A DNA stretch of 64,000 bases. Origin: an uncultured delta proteobacterium (GTDB lineage: Bacteria > Myxococcota_A > Polyangia > Polyangiales > Polyangiaceae). Positions 31,781 through 42,881 of the stretch are shown piece by piece; positions within the stretch are counted from its first letter, which is position 1; each line of letters opens with the position of its first letter. The stretch covers positions 960,001 to 1,024,000 of the forward strand of contig CAWJCS010000002.1 in assembly GCA_963841435.1 (NCBI GenBank), read 5' to 3'. The translations under genes and the position numbers were made by a program. Under the pieces are notes generated by a model. That model was not told the DNA's origin, searched no databases, and saw only the letters and a program-made list of their open reading frames with translations.

Positions 31781-32470
31781 TCACGCGGGTGGAGGCTGTC
31801 GGGCGAGGTGCCAGCCGGGCGGTCGCTCCGCGATGACGCGGGCCGGTACGCCGACGACCGTGACGTTGTCCGGCACGTCATGGATCACCGTGGCGCCCGC
31901 ACCCACGACGCTCCAGGCGCCAATCGTGCGCTTCTGGATCACCGTCGCGCCGGTTCCGACGTACGCGCCTTGGCCGACCGTGACGTTGCCGGACAGGCAG
32001 ACGCCCGGCGAAATCGTCGCGTGATCGCCCACCGCGACGTCGTGGGCGAGGTGACAACCGTTGTTCACGTGGGCATTGCGACCGAGGCGCACCAGGCTCG
32101 TGAGCGTCACGCCCGCGCCGACGACAGCGCCCGCCCCGAGCTCGAGGCGACGCGTCCGCACGACGCTCGGGTGCACGACCGCCTCCGCCAGTCGAGCGCC
32201 CGCGGCGAGCGCGCGCCCGAGAAGAGCAAGGCGTAGATCGGTGTCCCCGACCGCGGCGACCACCTCGAACTTTCTGGACTGGGCGGCAAGCCAGGTGAAG
32301 TCACCCAGGATGGGTAGGCCGTTGACGAAGGTGCCTGGCGCGCCAGCGTTCTCGTCGACGACGAAACCCGCCGGCTCGTAGCGGCCGTCGTCGGCGTGAC
32401 AGGCCTCCAGCACGTCGAGCACGTCGCGCGCATGCCCACCCGCCCCGAGGATGATGATCGGCCGAGCCAT
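31781..32470 (-). CDS. Sugar N/O-acetyltransferase, NeuD/PglD/VioB-like (hexapeptide repeat)
   Basis: ILGAGGHAR, AHDVAVG, hexapeptide repeats, VVGVPAR. Confidence 0.9.
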   Translation of the reverse strand: MARPIIILGAGGHARDVLDVLEACHADDGRYEPAGFVVDENAGAPGTFVNGLPILGDFTWLAAQSRKFEVVAAVGDTDLRLALLGRALAAGARLAEAVVHPSVVRTRRLELGAGAVVGAGVTLTSLVRLGRNAHVNNGCHLAHDVAVGDHATISPGVCLSGNVTVGQGAYVGTGATVIQKRTIGAWSVVGAGATVIHDVPDNVTVVGVPARVIAERPPGWHLARQPPPA

Positions 32471-32555
32471 GAACGGAAAAGCGACGCTGGTTGGGGTTCC
32501 TTGACCTTGGAGGGCCGGGAGTATATCTCGTACTTTGAGAGGAGGCAGAGGCGTC

Positions 32556-33734
32556 GTGAAGGGCACCCAGTTCTTGTCGAGCGCGGACCGATTGGTCAAA
32601 AGGCACGCGTTCTCCGAGCCGGTCATGGTCACTCGCCCGACCATGCCGCCCCTCGCGGACTACGTCCGTCAGCTCGAAGGCATCTGGAAGCGACGCTGGC
32701 TCACCAACAACGGGCAGATCTGCCAGGAGCTCGAAGCCTCGCTAGCTCGCTATCTCGGTGTCGAGCACCTGAGCCTTTTCAACACGGGCGCGACCGCGTT
32801 GCTCGTGATGCTGCAAGCACTGCGAATCAATGCTGGAGAGGTGATCACGACGCCTTTTACCTTCCCCGCGACCGTGCACGTGCTGCATTGGAACCGCATT
32901 CGCCCCGTCTTCTGTGACATCGACCCCGTCACGTTCAACATCGATCCGCGCCGCATCGAGCGCCTGATCGGGGCGGACACGCGCGCCATCCTCGGTGTCC
33001 ACGTGTACGGCACCCCGTGCAACGTCGAGGCCATTCAGACGATCGCCGAACGGCACGGCTTGCTCGTGGTCTACGACGCCGCGCACGCATTCGGCGTCAA
33101 GCTCCGAGGCCGTTCCATCCTCGACTACGGGGACATGTCGATGTTGAGCTTCCACGCGACCAAGGTCTTCTCGACCATCGAAGGGGGAGCGCTCATCTGT
33201 CGTTCGGCCGCCCAGCGCGCGCGCGTCGACTCCTTGAAGAATTTCGGGATCGCCGACGAGGAAACGATCATCGGTCCCGGCATCAACGGAAAGATGAACG
33301 AGTTTCAGGCCGCGTTCGGGCTCCTGTCGCTCGAGACCGCCGACGCCGAGTACGCCAAGCGCGCGCTACTCGCGGCGTCGTACCGAAAGCAGCTGGCGGG
33401 CCTTTCGGGGCTCGTTCCGCTCGCCGACTGCCCTGGCGTCGAGCACAACTACGGCTACTTTCCCGTGCTCGTCAACCGCGAGCGCTTCGGCCTCGATCGA
33501 GACGAGCTCTACACGCTCCTCAAACGCTTCAACGTCTTCAGTCGCAAGTACTTTTACCCCCTCGTGTCACAGGCGCCCTGCTACGCCGCGCTGCCTTCGG
33601 CCGACCCGAGCAATCTGCCGGTCGCCGGGCGCGTCGCGAGCCAGGTCCTTTGCTTGCCGATGTACGGTGGTCTGGATCCCGAGGCGCCCGCAAGAATCGC
33701 CTGCATTCTGCGCGAGATTCAGGCATCGATCTGA
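32556..33734 (+). CDS. DegT/DnrJ/EryC1/StrS PLP-dependent sugar aminotransferase (VioA-like)
   Basis: WLTNNG, TTPFTF, YDAAHAFG, SFHATK (PLP lysine), GINGKMNE and RKYFYP motifs; GGAGG RBS before GTG. Confidence 0.92.
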   Translation: MKGTQFLSSADRLVKRHAFSEPVMVTRPTMPPLADYVRQLEGIWKRRWLTNNGQICQELEASLARYLGVEHLSLFNTGATALLVMLQALRINAGEVITTPFTFPATVHVLHWNRIRPVFCDIDPVTFNIDPRRIERLIGADTRAILGVHVYGTPCNVEAIQTIAERHGLLVVYDAAHAFGVKLRGRSILDYGDMSMLSFHATKVFSTIEGGALICRSAAQRARVDSLKNFGIADEETIIGPGINGKMNEFQAAFGLLSLETADAEYAKRALLAASYRKQLAGLSGLVPLADCPGVEHNYGYFPVLVNRERFGLDRDELYTLLKRFNVFSRKYFYPLVSQAPCYAALPSADPSNLPVAGRVASQVLCLPMYGGLDPEAPARIACILREIQASI

Positions 33735-33744
33735 AGGAGCCGCG

Positions 33745-34692
33745 GTGGGAGACAGTCGCTCCGGAGAGCGGACATCGAAGCTGTCTGCGATCATCACTTG
33801 CTACTTCGAGGAGCGCAGCATCGACGAGTTTCACGCGAAGCTCTCGGCGGCACTCGCCGGGCTAGGCCGCCCGTACGAGATCGTGTTCGTCAACGACGGA
33901 AGCACGGACGGCACCTGGGCACGGCTGAAGGCCATCTTCGAGCGGGACCCGACCGTTCACGCTGTACTCGATTTATTCAGAAACTCGGGGCAGCGAGCCG
34001 CCATGGCGGCGGGGCTCTGCGAGACGACCGGTGACGGTCTCTTGTTCATGGACAGCGACTTGCAGCTCGATCCGGCGGAAATTCCGAGGCTCGTAGCCGA
34101 GTGGGACGCGGGCGCCAACGTCGTGAGTGGACGCCGCGCCCAGCGTCGCGACTCTTTCCTGCGTGTCGTGCCGTCGAAGGTGGCGAACGCGATCATGCGG
34201 CGTGCATCGCGTAGCGATTTCCGTGATTTCGGCTGCACGTTCAAGATCTTCGACGCGCGCTTGGTCGGGGTCTTCGACTTCGGCCCGCACCGCATCTTCT
34301 CGCCGGTGGACGTGATTGCTGCGGCCGGGCGCACGGTGGAAGTCAACGTCAGCCACTTTCCCCGGAAGTACGGCAAGTCTGGTTGGACCCTCCGGAAGCT
34401 CGTGGGTTACAACACCGACAACATCGTCCAGCTGTCGGATCGCCCGTTCCAGTTCGCGGTTCTCGTCTGCCTGGTCCTCGCCGGACTGTTCGCGATCAGG
34501 ACGGTGCTGGCGTTCGCGTTCCCCTTCCGGCTACTCGGTGGCGTCTCCAACGGGCTCATCCTCAACGTGCTCGTCGTGGTGGGCCTCGCCGTGGCCGGCC
34601 TCGTCGCGATGGTCGGCGAATTTACCATCCGCGTGTTCTCGGCCACGCGGCGTGTCCCTCGGTACGCCGTGCGTGAGGCGCTCAGGCGCTGA
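33745..34692 (+). CDS. GT2 polyprenol-phosphate glycosyltransferase (ArnC/GtrB-like)
   Basis: VNDGSTD, RNSGQRAA, MDSDLQ, VVSGRR, DFGC; two C-terminal TM helices; AAGGAG RBS. Confidence 0.9.
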   Translation: MGDSRSGERTSKLSAIITCYFEERSIDEFHAKLSAALAGLGRPYEIVFVNDGSTDGTWARLKAIFERDPTVHAVLDLFRNSGQRAAMAAGLCETTGDGLLFMDSDLQLDPAEIPRLVAEWDAGANVVSGRRAQRRDSFLRVVPSKVANAIMRRASRSDFRDFGCTFKIFDARLVGVFDFGPHRIFSPVDVIAAAGRTVEVNVSHFPRKYGKSGWTLRKLVGYNTDNIVQLSDRPFQFAVLVCLVLAGLFAIRTVLAFAFPFRLLGGVSNGLILNVLVVVGLAVAGLVAMVGEFTIRVFSATRRVPRYAVREALRR

Positions 34693-35470
34693 CCGCGCCG
34701 GCGCTTTGGCTCTCCGAAAGGACGGCGAGCCAAAGCCCGAACGGGAGCCGCAAGCGCTGCGCGAGCAGTGCTTCGAGGCGGAGCACCCCCGTGAGCGCCG
34801 CGTTGATGGGCTTCGGGACCAAACCGAGCGATACTCGTTTGGGGCGGAAGCCGAGCCGTGCCTTGAGCTTGTCCGCGAAGCGAGCTGCCACGGCCGCAGG
34901 AAACAGCAGAAAAACGAAGTGATTCTCCGCCACAGGCTGGTAGCCCGCAGCGCGGAGCACGTCCTTCAAGTGGGCCATCGAGTACCGACGGTAGTGGTGC
35001 AGGAGCTCGTCGTGCGGGCCATAGAGGAACTGACACGCGGGGACGGTCAACAGCAAGCGATGTCCCGGCGCTCCGTGTGCGATGAGACGCTTCAAAAAAC
35101 CGCGGTCGTCCTCGATGTGCTCGAGAACGTCGAACATGCAATAAAGGTCCACGTCCGGGAGCTGTCGGTCGAAGAGGTCGTCCGTGTAGACCTCGTCGGC
35201 GACGCCGCGCAAGCGTGCTCGCCTCGCGAGCGCCGGGGACCGCTCGAAAGCCACGACGCGACCGTAGCGCCGCAAGAGCCCGAGATCGCCGCCCGAGCCG
35301 CAGCCCACCTCCGCGATGGTGCGGAGACCGACGCGTGCCGCTCGGCGCAGGAACTGTTCGAGAATAGCTCGGCGCCCGACCGCCCACCAGATGCCGTCCT
35401 CGATGGCCATCGCCTGCTCGTCGGGCAAATGCTCGAGGGCGTTGTCGCCTATCTCTGCGGCTTCCGTCAT
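34682..35470 (-). CDS. Class I SAM-dependent methyltransferase
   Basis: EVGCGSG, FDVLEHIEDD and TVPA..LYGPHD..HHYRRY motifs of the methyltransferases often found beside GT2 genes. Confidence 0.88.
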   Translation of the reverse strand: MTEAAEIGDNALEHLPDEQAMAIEDGIWWAVGRRAILEQFLRRAARVGLRTIAEVGCGSGGDLGLLRRYGRVVAFERSPALARRARLRGVADEVYTDDLFDRQLPDVDLYCMFDVLEHIEDDRGFLKRLIAHGAPGHRLLLTVPACQFLYGPHDELLHHYRRYSMAHLKDVLRAAGYQPVAENHFVFLLFPAAVAARFADKLKARLGFRPKRVSLGLVPKPINAALTGVLRLEALLAQRLRLPFGLWLAVLSESQSAGAVSA

Positions 35471-35546
35471 CGATTCCGAGTCGAGCACTAGCACGAAGAG
35501 CCCCCGCGGCGTTGACACTTCGGGGGGGTCCTAGCAGAGTGGCGCC

Positions 35547-37319
35547 GTGGTCGCAGAGTCGAGGGAGGCGCGGCGTTTGCCTGCGGCGGCTGCTTGGTTC
35601 CGAGGCGCGCGGCTCGTGCGAGTGGCGGTCGCCGCGGCAGTGTTCGTCTGCGCGCTCGTCACGATCGGAGAGTGTCTCGGTCAACCAGTCGGAGTCTTCG
35701 ACGAGCCGCTCCACTACGTCGGCTCCATGTTGGTTGCGCGCGGAGAGCGGGTGCACGTGGACTTTCACTCCTCGTATCCCCCGCCGAACTACGCGCTCTT
35801 GAGTCTCACCTTTCGCCTGCTCGGAGAGACTGCCTTCGCTGCGCGTCTGCTCCACGTCGTCTTGTACCTAATCTTGCTCGGCGGGCTTGCGTCGTTCTAT
35901 CGTCGCGTCGGGAGCGATCCTCGTCGGGTTTGGGGGAGCCTGCTCGGCGCCGTGGTGCTTACCGCCAGTCTCCCCTGGTTCCCCTCGTTTTCCGCGGTGG
36001 CCTTCGCGCTGCTCGCCGTGCTCGCTTATTTGCATGCGCTCATCGCTGCCTCGCCGGGTGCCCGGCGGGGGGCGCTGCTCGTCGCGGGGGCTCTGGGGGC
36101 CTTCGCGGTGCTGACGCGCCTCAACTGGGGCGCGTACGTCCTGCTCGTCTTCGCGTTCGACGCAGTCGTCGAGCTCGCGAGGCTTCGTCACGACCACTAC
36201 AGGGGTTGGCGTCGCTTGTTCGGCGACTGTGCCGCGCTCGCGTCGGGCGCCGGCCTTTCGATCGCGGTCTTCGCGTTGACGCTCGGACGCGAGCTTCGCA
36301 CCGTCTGGCACGAGGTCGTCACCGTGCCCTCGCAGGCACTCGGTTCGTATTCGATTCCAGCGTATGCGCACGGTACGAGCCGCGTCGGGGTACTCGGTCT
36401 CCTGGTGCCGCTCTTTCCGACGCTCTGGCTCTCGCTCCGCTCGCCTTTGCCCCGCGCTCGCCGAGTCTGTGCCGCGACGACGGCACTACTCGTGCCGTTG
36501 GTCCTGTGGCTCGGCTACACGGGCGATCACGGCTTCGCCCTGCTCGCGTTTCCGATTCTCCTCGCGCCCCTGCTGCATCAGGTGTTTGCGCGGCGGATCG
36601 AGCGCCCTGAATTCGTCGGCCTTTCGACGGTCGCCGTTTTCGCCCACTACTATCTGAACCGCCCGGATTTCGAGCACCAGGTTCCGAGCGTGGCGCCCGT
36701 GGCCCTCGTGCTGCCCTTTGCCCTCGCGTCGGCGTTCGCGACTCCTGCCGCGCGTCGCTCGTGGGCGGCGTTGCTGGTTGCATTCGTCCTTGCCGTGCCG
36801 GCACTGCTCAAAGAAGTCGGGCAGATGCGGACGCTGAAGACTGCCGCAGCCATGCTCCTCAGAACGACGCCGAACGGAAGCGACGCGGCCGCCCTGGCTG
36901 AAGCACCCTCGCCGATGCCGCCGTATGCCGCGCTTTATCCGGACGCCGACGAGGTTGCAGCCGCCAGATTCGTGCGCGCTCGGACGCTCCCCGGTCAGGC
37001 CGTCTACGTTGGCATGGCCGACCACACGCGCCCCTTCGTGAACGACGTTCGCCTGTATTGGGAAATCGGGCGCCGACCAGGCGCGCGCCACTACATGCTC
37101 GCTGCCGGCGTCACGAACACGCCCGAGGCCGAGCAGGAGATCGTCCACGATCTCATCGAACGGCGGGTTCGCTGGGTCGTCTTGTGGAAGGGGATGTCTC
37201 CTCCTCCCGGCTTCGTCCAGCGCAACCGCAGCGGCTCGTCGTTGCTCGACGACTACCTGGCCCGAGCGTTCCGTCCTGCAGCGACCTTCGGGGCCTTCGA
37301 GGTCAGGACCGCGAGCTGA
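35547..37319 (+). CDS. Polytopic membrane protein, GT-C (ArnT/PMT-like) glycosyltransferase candidate
   Basis: First-loop DE motif (VFDEPLH), then G..VHVDF..YPP, more than 10 TM helices and a C-terminal soluble domain. Confidence 0.7.
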   Translation: MVAESREARRLPAAAAWFRGARLVRVAVAAAVFVCALVTIGECLGQPVGVFDEPLHYVGSMLVARGERVHVDFHSSYPPPNYALLSLTFRLLGETAFAARLLHVVLYLILLGGLASFYRRVGSDPRRVWGSLLGAVVLTASLPWFPSFSAVAFALLAVLAYLHALIAASPGARRGALLVAGALGAFAVLTRLNWGAYVLLVFAFDAVVELARLRHDHYRGWRRLFGDCAALASGAGLSIAVFALTLGRELRTVWHEVVTVPSQALGSYSIPAYAHGTSRVGVLGLLVPLFPTLWLSLRSPLPRARRVCAATTALLVPLVLWLGYTGDHGFALLAFPILLAPLLHQVFARRIERPEFVGLSTVAVFAHYYLNRPDFEHQVPSVAPVALVLPFALASAFATPAARRSWAALLVAFVLAVPALLKEVGQMRTLKTAAAMLLRTTPNGSDAAALAEAPSPMPPYAALYPDADEVAAARFVRARTLPGQAVYVGMADHTRPFVNDVRLYWEIGRRPGARHYMLAAGVTNTPEAEQEIVHDLIERRVRWVVLWKGMSPPPGFVQRNRSGSSLLDDYLARAFRPAATFGAFEVRTAS

Positions 37320-37321
37320 GC

Positions 37322-37477
37322 TTGACCGAAGCTATTTCAGACCGTGCGCTTTGCCCCCGTTGCCGAGCTCGGCTGGGCACCGACTTCGATTGCACGTCTT
37401 GCGGAATATCGTACCCGCTCGTCGGCAGTGCGCGGGTCCTGCTGCCCGACCCCGCCGCGCCCGGCCCGCAAGCGTGA
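37322..37477 (+). pseudogene. Truncated gene with Trm112-like zinc ribbon (CPRC...CTSC..YP)
   Basis: TTG 2 nt after the GT-C stop; ends after about 50 codons where unrelated sequence begins. Confidence 0.45.
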
Positions 37478-38003
37478 ATATCTCGCCGCTCTCCAATCTC
37501 TCACTCGAGTTTCCCCCGAGTACGCAGGGAAACCTCTCGCTGGAGCCGAGCGCGGTCGTCAATGCGGACCCGGGCAACTCACCCATCGTGCCTGTCAGGC
37601 GGCGGGGTTCTTCCTCGTGCCGCCCGTTGCCGGACGGGTGCGAAGGCGTGTGCCAAGCCGCCGATCCGGGCGCCTTGCTCCCGACGCTCACATGGACGGC
37701 GCGCGAGGCGCTTTGCGGTGGCTGCTCGGTGCTCGAGACGCCGTGGGCCTCCGATCCGGCGGACGCGGTTGACGGAGTCTTGCGCGCTGCGGGAGCGGAG
37801 CCGACGTGGTTCCGTGTCGGCTTCACGCGCGAGAACGGCGGCCTCATCGGCGTGTACGGGCGAGAAGGCACCGCCCACGCAGGCTACAGGCATTTACCTG
37901 ATCGCTCCACCCGTGTATCGCGCGGGTGCGTTGATCGTGCGCGACGACGGCACCGCCGCGCATCGATCGGAAGACCGCTTACACGGCCATTGCCTGCGGG
38001 GCG

Positions 38004-38505
38004 GTGCCAGGCGTCCGCCGCATCGGCGCTCAGCGCGAAGGCTGGATGATCGACGTTCAGGTGGTCGGAAAGGACGGACGGCTGCGGCGCATGCGCAAGA
38101 TTGCGCCGATGCAGACGCGGCGAGCCGCCGAGAAGCTCGAGCACGATACGCGCGCTGAGCTCATGCTGGCAGACGACCGTGCAGGTACGACCTTGCCGGA
38201 AGCCCCTCGGTTCTCTGCCTTCGCCGAGCAGTTCGTTTCAAGGTACGCGGTCACGAACAACAAGCGCGCCGAAGTCATCTCGAAGCGAAAGATCCTGCGG
38301 GTGCACCTCGTGCCGGCGTTCGGCGAGCTCCGGCTCCATCAAGTCGGACTGGCCGAGATCGAGAAGTACAAGGCCGAGAAGGGTGCCGAGCAAAAGCGTC
38401 CAGGAGCTCTTGGGCCACAGCTCGATCGAAATGACCATGCGGTACGCGCACCTGAGCCCGGATGTTCGCCGCGATGCTGTCAAGCTCCTGGACGCGAGGG
38501 ACTCC
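38004..38505 (+). pseudogene. Tyrosine recombinase (integrase) with catalytic core deleted
   Basis: N-terminal/core-binding part ([42 protein letters not shown]) joined out of frame near 38380 to the C-terminal [19 protein letters not shown]. Confidence 0.85.
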
Positions 38506-38702
38506 ATCCGCCTCACCTGGACGACGTCCCGGGGCGTGGTCCTCAGGATTGTGCTGACACAACCCGGAGGCCGGCACGACCGGGTCCACGTCACCCGACT
38601 TGGCCAAGGGGATCCTTCGAAATCCCCTGCTGCAAGTCGCGTGCGGTGGGCCCGAGGGCGGGAGCCGACAGCCGGCAGGGCCCGGCCGCTAGCCGCAAGC
38701 TT

Positions 38703-38722
38703 GCGGCACATCGGCGGCACAT
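38703..38722 (+). repeat. Direct repeat GCGGCACAT x2 (11-bp period), candidate integrase arm-binding sites
   Basis: Copies at 38703-38711 and 38714-38722, about 50 bp inside the att site. Confidence 0.5.
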
Positions 38723-38770
38723 GGGGACGTGCCGATCAGAAATCCCGGGTGTTTTCTGGTTGCTGCTAAG

Positions 38771-38843
<73 letters not shown>

Positions 38844-38861
38844 TGGGTTCAGGGCCCGCGG

Positions 38862-38889
38862 AGGGTAGCGGGAACGCCCCGCCTGTCAA
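38862..38889 (-). promoter_or_regulatory. Putative sigma-70 promoter of tRNA-Ala
   Basis: TTGACA-N16-TACCCT on the minus strand, ending 18 nt before the tRNA. Confidence 0.6.
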
Positions 38890-38904
38890 CCCTCGAAATG
38901 GCCA

Positions 38905-38932
38905 TTGACCAGGGGATCCCCGTGGTTATGTT
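38905..38932 (+). promoter_or_regulatory. Putative sigma-70 promoter of dnaK with palindromic spacer
   Basis: TTGACC-N16-TATGTT; the spacer holds GGGGATCCCC. Confidence 0.5.
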
Positions 38933-39010
38933 GCGCGAGCGTTCAGGTTTTCGCCGTCGCAACTGGGCGGCTCGAAACCGGCAAGAACTGGAGCGTTTAG
39001 GAGACAAGCC

Positions 39011-40912
<1,902 letters not shown>

Positions 40913-40937
40913 GCCTCAGCGTGTAAAGTCCCGGCCC

Positions 40938-42794
40938 ATGCTGGGACGAACGAGGGTCACGTGGCTCGGGCTCGTGTGGGTGGTGGCCTGCGGGTCTCCC
41001 CCGGGCCGGCCGCGCCCGCGGCGAGCGCGAGCGCGCCCTCCGCGGGGGTGCTCGCCACGGCGCCGGAAACACCGGATTCTTTCGCCCGTGGCGGCGCCGC
41101 CCGGGCTGTTCGCCACGGGACGACTCGGGCACCCCCTCACGACGCTCAGCCGGCTCGGCGCGTGGGCCGGCTTGCCGATCCCCCCGAGCGCGCTCCTGCC
41201 GCCGGTCGCCGCCGATTTCGAGAAAGTGATCGAGGCACAGTCGCCGCTCGAGGCGGCGCTCGTCGTCGGTGGCGAGCATTCACCCCGTGAGATCGGTGCC
41301 GTGGTCTCGCTCGGGCTAACCTCGTTCGCTGGTGCCGTCGAAGAGGCGCGTGCTCACGGGCTCGTGCTTCACAAGCTCGCGCCCGGCGTCATGAAGCTCG
41401 AGGGGACGGAAGACGAGCCGTGCGCCGTCGCGGTGGCGCTCGGCAAGGCTCCGGCGCGGCTCGTGTGCGCGCCGACCGACGGGGATCTCGAACGCCTGCT
41501 GCCTTTTGCGACACGCGGGCTGCCGATGCTCGACCTCGGCGCGCGCGACCTCGAGATCGCGGTGAAAGCCGCGCCCCTGCGCGACGCTTACCGCTCGCGT
41601 CTCGCAGGTCTGCGCATGCTCTCCGGGTTCCTCGTGCGGCGCTGGGCGCTCGATGCGCCCCGCTTCGATCGGGCTCTCGCCGACGCGCTCGACAGCCTCG
41701 CCGACGAGCTCGTTCTGCTCGTGGACGACCTCGATTCGGTCACGCTCGGCGGCGTGGTCGACGAGGGCAAGGGCCAGCTCCGGCTCGAGCTCGCGGTCGC
41801 ACTCGCGGATCAGCGCTCCTTTTCGGCCCGGCTCGTCGGCGACTTCGCCAAGCACCGAGGCACGGCCCCCGACGTTTTCTTCGGGCTGCCCGGCGACGCG
41901 CAGGGAGCCCGCTACTCGCGGGGGCTCGACGTTCAGGCGTGGGCTGCCGTGCGCACGTCGCTCGCCGACGTCGTCGACGCCTACCTCGAGCAGAAGGGCA
42001 TCGACCGCGCAGCGCGAACGCGCGTGGGGCGGCTCATCGGGCTTTACTTCGACTTAGGCGGTGGCGTGCAGGCGAGCGCCCACGGGCCGGTCCCGGGCAA
42101 TGACGAGGGCTATTCGCTGGGGGTCGTCGATCTTCCCGCAAAACGGCTCAGTGATGCTCTGTCCGATCTTTCGGCCCTGCTCTCCGACCGCAAGGTTCGC
42201 GCGTTTGCCGCCACGCTACTCGGCGTCGACGAGAAGGCGCTGCCGACCGCGAAGCTCGTCCCCCTCGCAGGAGCCGGCATTCCTCGAGGCACACGCGGGC
42301 TCACCTTCAACGTTCCGAAGGAGCTCGCGAAGCAGCTCGGGTCCGGCCTGACGTTCGCGCAGTCGAGCGCGGGCCTAGCCAGCGGCGGGAGCCACACCGT
42401 CGCGGTCGCCCCCCGCGGCGACGGCGCGGTTTTTTGTTCCGCCGCCACGCCGGACGCCGTCGCCGAACGCCTGTCGGCCTTTTTGGCTGGTCGTGGTCCC
42501 ACGCTCGCCGACCGGCCCGAGCTCGCGTCCTTTCGCGACCTCATGGCGCAGTCCGCCATGTTCGAGACTCCCGAGGGGTTGATCGCTTCGGTTGCCCAGA
42601 GCCTGGGCAAGCACAAGCGGGGGCCCGCGGTGGGCCCGGCCGGGACCCTTCCGATCGTGCTGCGCTTTGATGCCACTCCCTCGCCCCTGGCTGGGACGTT
42701 CATCCTCACGGTGCCGCGTGACGCGTTCCACGCCATCCCTGCTCTGGTCGCCGTCCTGCTGCAGGGGCACCCGGGTCTGCTCGGGATGCCCTGA
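40938..42794 (+). CDS. Hypothetical lipoprotein (compensating -1/+1 indels near 41000 and 41077)
   Basis: WVVAC lipobox. The natural-looking linker PAAPAASASAPSAGVLATAPETPD lies in another frame between the two indels. Confidence 0.7.
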   Translation: MLGRTRVTWLGLVWVVACGSPPGRPRPRRARARPPRGCSPRRRKHRILSPVAAPPGLFATGRLGHPLTTLSRLGAWAGLPIPPSALLPPVAADFEKVIEAQSPLEAALVVGGEHSPREIGAVVSLGLTSFAGAVEEARAHGLVLHKLAPGVMKLEGTEDEPCAVAVALGKAPARLVCAPTDGDLERLLPFATRGLPMLDLGARDLEIAVKAAPLRDAYRSRLAGLRMLSGFLVRRWALDAPRFDRALADALDSLADELVLLVDDLDSVTLGGVVDEGKGQLRLELAVALADQRSFSARLVGDFAKHRGTAPDVFFGLPGDAQGARYSRGLDVQAWAAVRTSLADVVDAYLEQKGIDRAARTRVGRLIGLYFDLGGGVQASAHGPVPGNDEGYSLGVVDLPAKRLSDALSDLSALLSDRKVRAFAATLLGVDEKALPTAKLVPLAGAGIPRGTRGLTFNVPKELAKQLGSGLTFAQSSAGLASGGSHTVAVAPRGDGAVFCSAATPDAVAERLSAFLAGRGPTLADRPELASFRDLMAQSAMFETPEGLIASVAQSLGKHKRGPAVGPAGTLPIVLRFDATPSPLAGTFILTVPRDAFHAIPALVAVLLQGHPGLLGMP

Positions 42795-42881
42795 GCCCCC
42801 CTGGGCCGGGAGGGGCCACGCCGGGATTTTGCCTCGAGCGCGCGGGGCAGTGTAAGCGTCACACCTACATTGTATCCCCAT

